A stretch of 64,000 nt of DNA. Origin: an uncultured Actinomycetota bacterium. GTDB lineage: Bacteria; Actinomycetota; Actinomycetes; Actinomycetales; CAWJMD01. The notes beneath the pieces are model-generated. The model was given only the letters and a program-made list of their open reading frames with translations. It ran no database searches and was not told the DNA's origin. Both the position numbers and the translations under genes were made by a program. Shown here piece after piece: positions 63,625 through 64,000 of this stretch (position 1 is its first letter; each line of letters opens with the position of its first letter). The DNA is taken from positions 2,450,842 to 2,514,841 of the forward strand of contig OY970255.1 of the NCBI GenBank assembly GCA_963715595.1, read 5' to 3'.

Positions 63625-64000
63625 GTGCGGGTCGCGGTGACGGTGGAGCAGTGCTGGCACGCCGTCCCGGGCGGCACGGCGACCTCGGTGCTGCGCACCC
63701 TCGGCGCGCTGCGGGCCCGCCCGCAGGCGCCCGACCTCGTCGGCGTCGCGGCCCGGCACGCCGCTCCCCCGCCCGAGCCGTTCGTGCCGCCGGTGCCGGT
63801 GCGGCACCTGCCGCTGCCCCGCGTCGCGCTCTACCGCTCGTGGCAGCGGCTCCGCGCCCCCCGGGTCGAGCGTGCCACCGGGCCGGTCGACGTCGTGCAC
63901 GCAACCACCTTCGCGATCCCGCCGCGCACCGTGCCGCTGGTCGTCACCGTGCACGACCTCGCGTTCCTCGACGACCCCGCCCACTTCACCGCGCGCGGCA
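63625..64000 (+). CDS. Glycosyltransferase (GT4-like), N-terminal part. It runs off the window end.
   Basis: The open frame from GTG 63625 reads VRVAVTVEQCWHAVPGGTATSVLRTL....VGVAARH......VRHLPLPR.ALY..W......VDVVHATTFAIPP....LVVTVHDLAFL..P..FT.RG. Confidence 0.6.
   Translation, partial: MRVAVTVEQCWHAVPGGTATSVLRTLGALRARPQAPDLVGVAARHAAPPPEPFVPPVPVRHLPLPRVALYRSWQRLRAPRVERATGPVDVVHATTFAIPPRTVPLVVTVHDLAFLDDPAHFTARG

Overview
This is a very GC-rich actinobacterial chromosomal window with about 70 protein-coding genes. I found no rRNA, tRNA, CRISPR array, transposase or integrase by eye. Gene content and order match two conserved Actinobacteria core blocks known from Mycobacterium tuberculosis. 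Block 1 runs ftsE-prfB, whiB7, uvrD2, mycoredoxin, nudC, adnAB, an MGMT-like gene, DUF3152, TetR, DUF3107, arfB, a DEAD-box helicase and a ParA-like gene. Block 2 runs ahcY, a SIS protein, phosphomannomutase, DUF3499, a large GT2/DUF5719 envelope pair, whiB2, fbiA/cofE, rmlD-wbbL and scoAB. Housekeeping and signalling genes lie between the blocks: a GGDEF-EAL protein, peptidases, a lytic transglycosylase and an ABC binding protein. There is also a ~1.9 kb accessory islet carrying a DUF222/HNH (REP13E12-like) gene. I see no recognisable defence or other novel multi-gene system. Three observations stand out. (1) About 20-25 single-nucleotide frame disruptions sit in otherwise perfectly conserved genes, including essential prfB. 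They are clustered, mostly at short G/C runs, and unusually often occur in frame-restoring pairs. Consensus error is the most likely cause, but this needs checking. (2) The whiB7 locus is complete, with a WhiB7-type promoter, an 87-codon leader ORF, a terminator/attenuator hairpin, and a WhiB7 protein with atypical N- and C-terminal extensions. (3) The HNH islet is bracketed by an imperfect duplication of the 5' end of the neighbouring gene. A degenerate SAH-riboswitch-like leader upstream of ahcY is a weak candidate. All calls come from reading translations and the sequence by eye; no database search was run.
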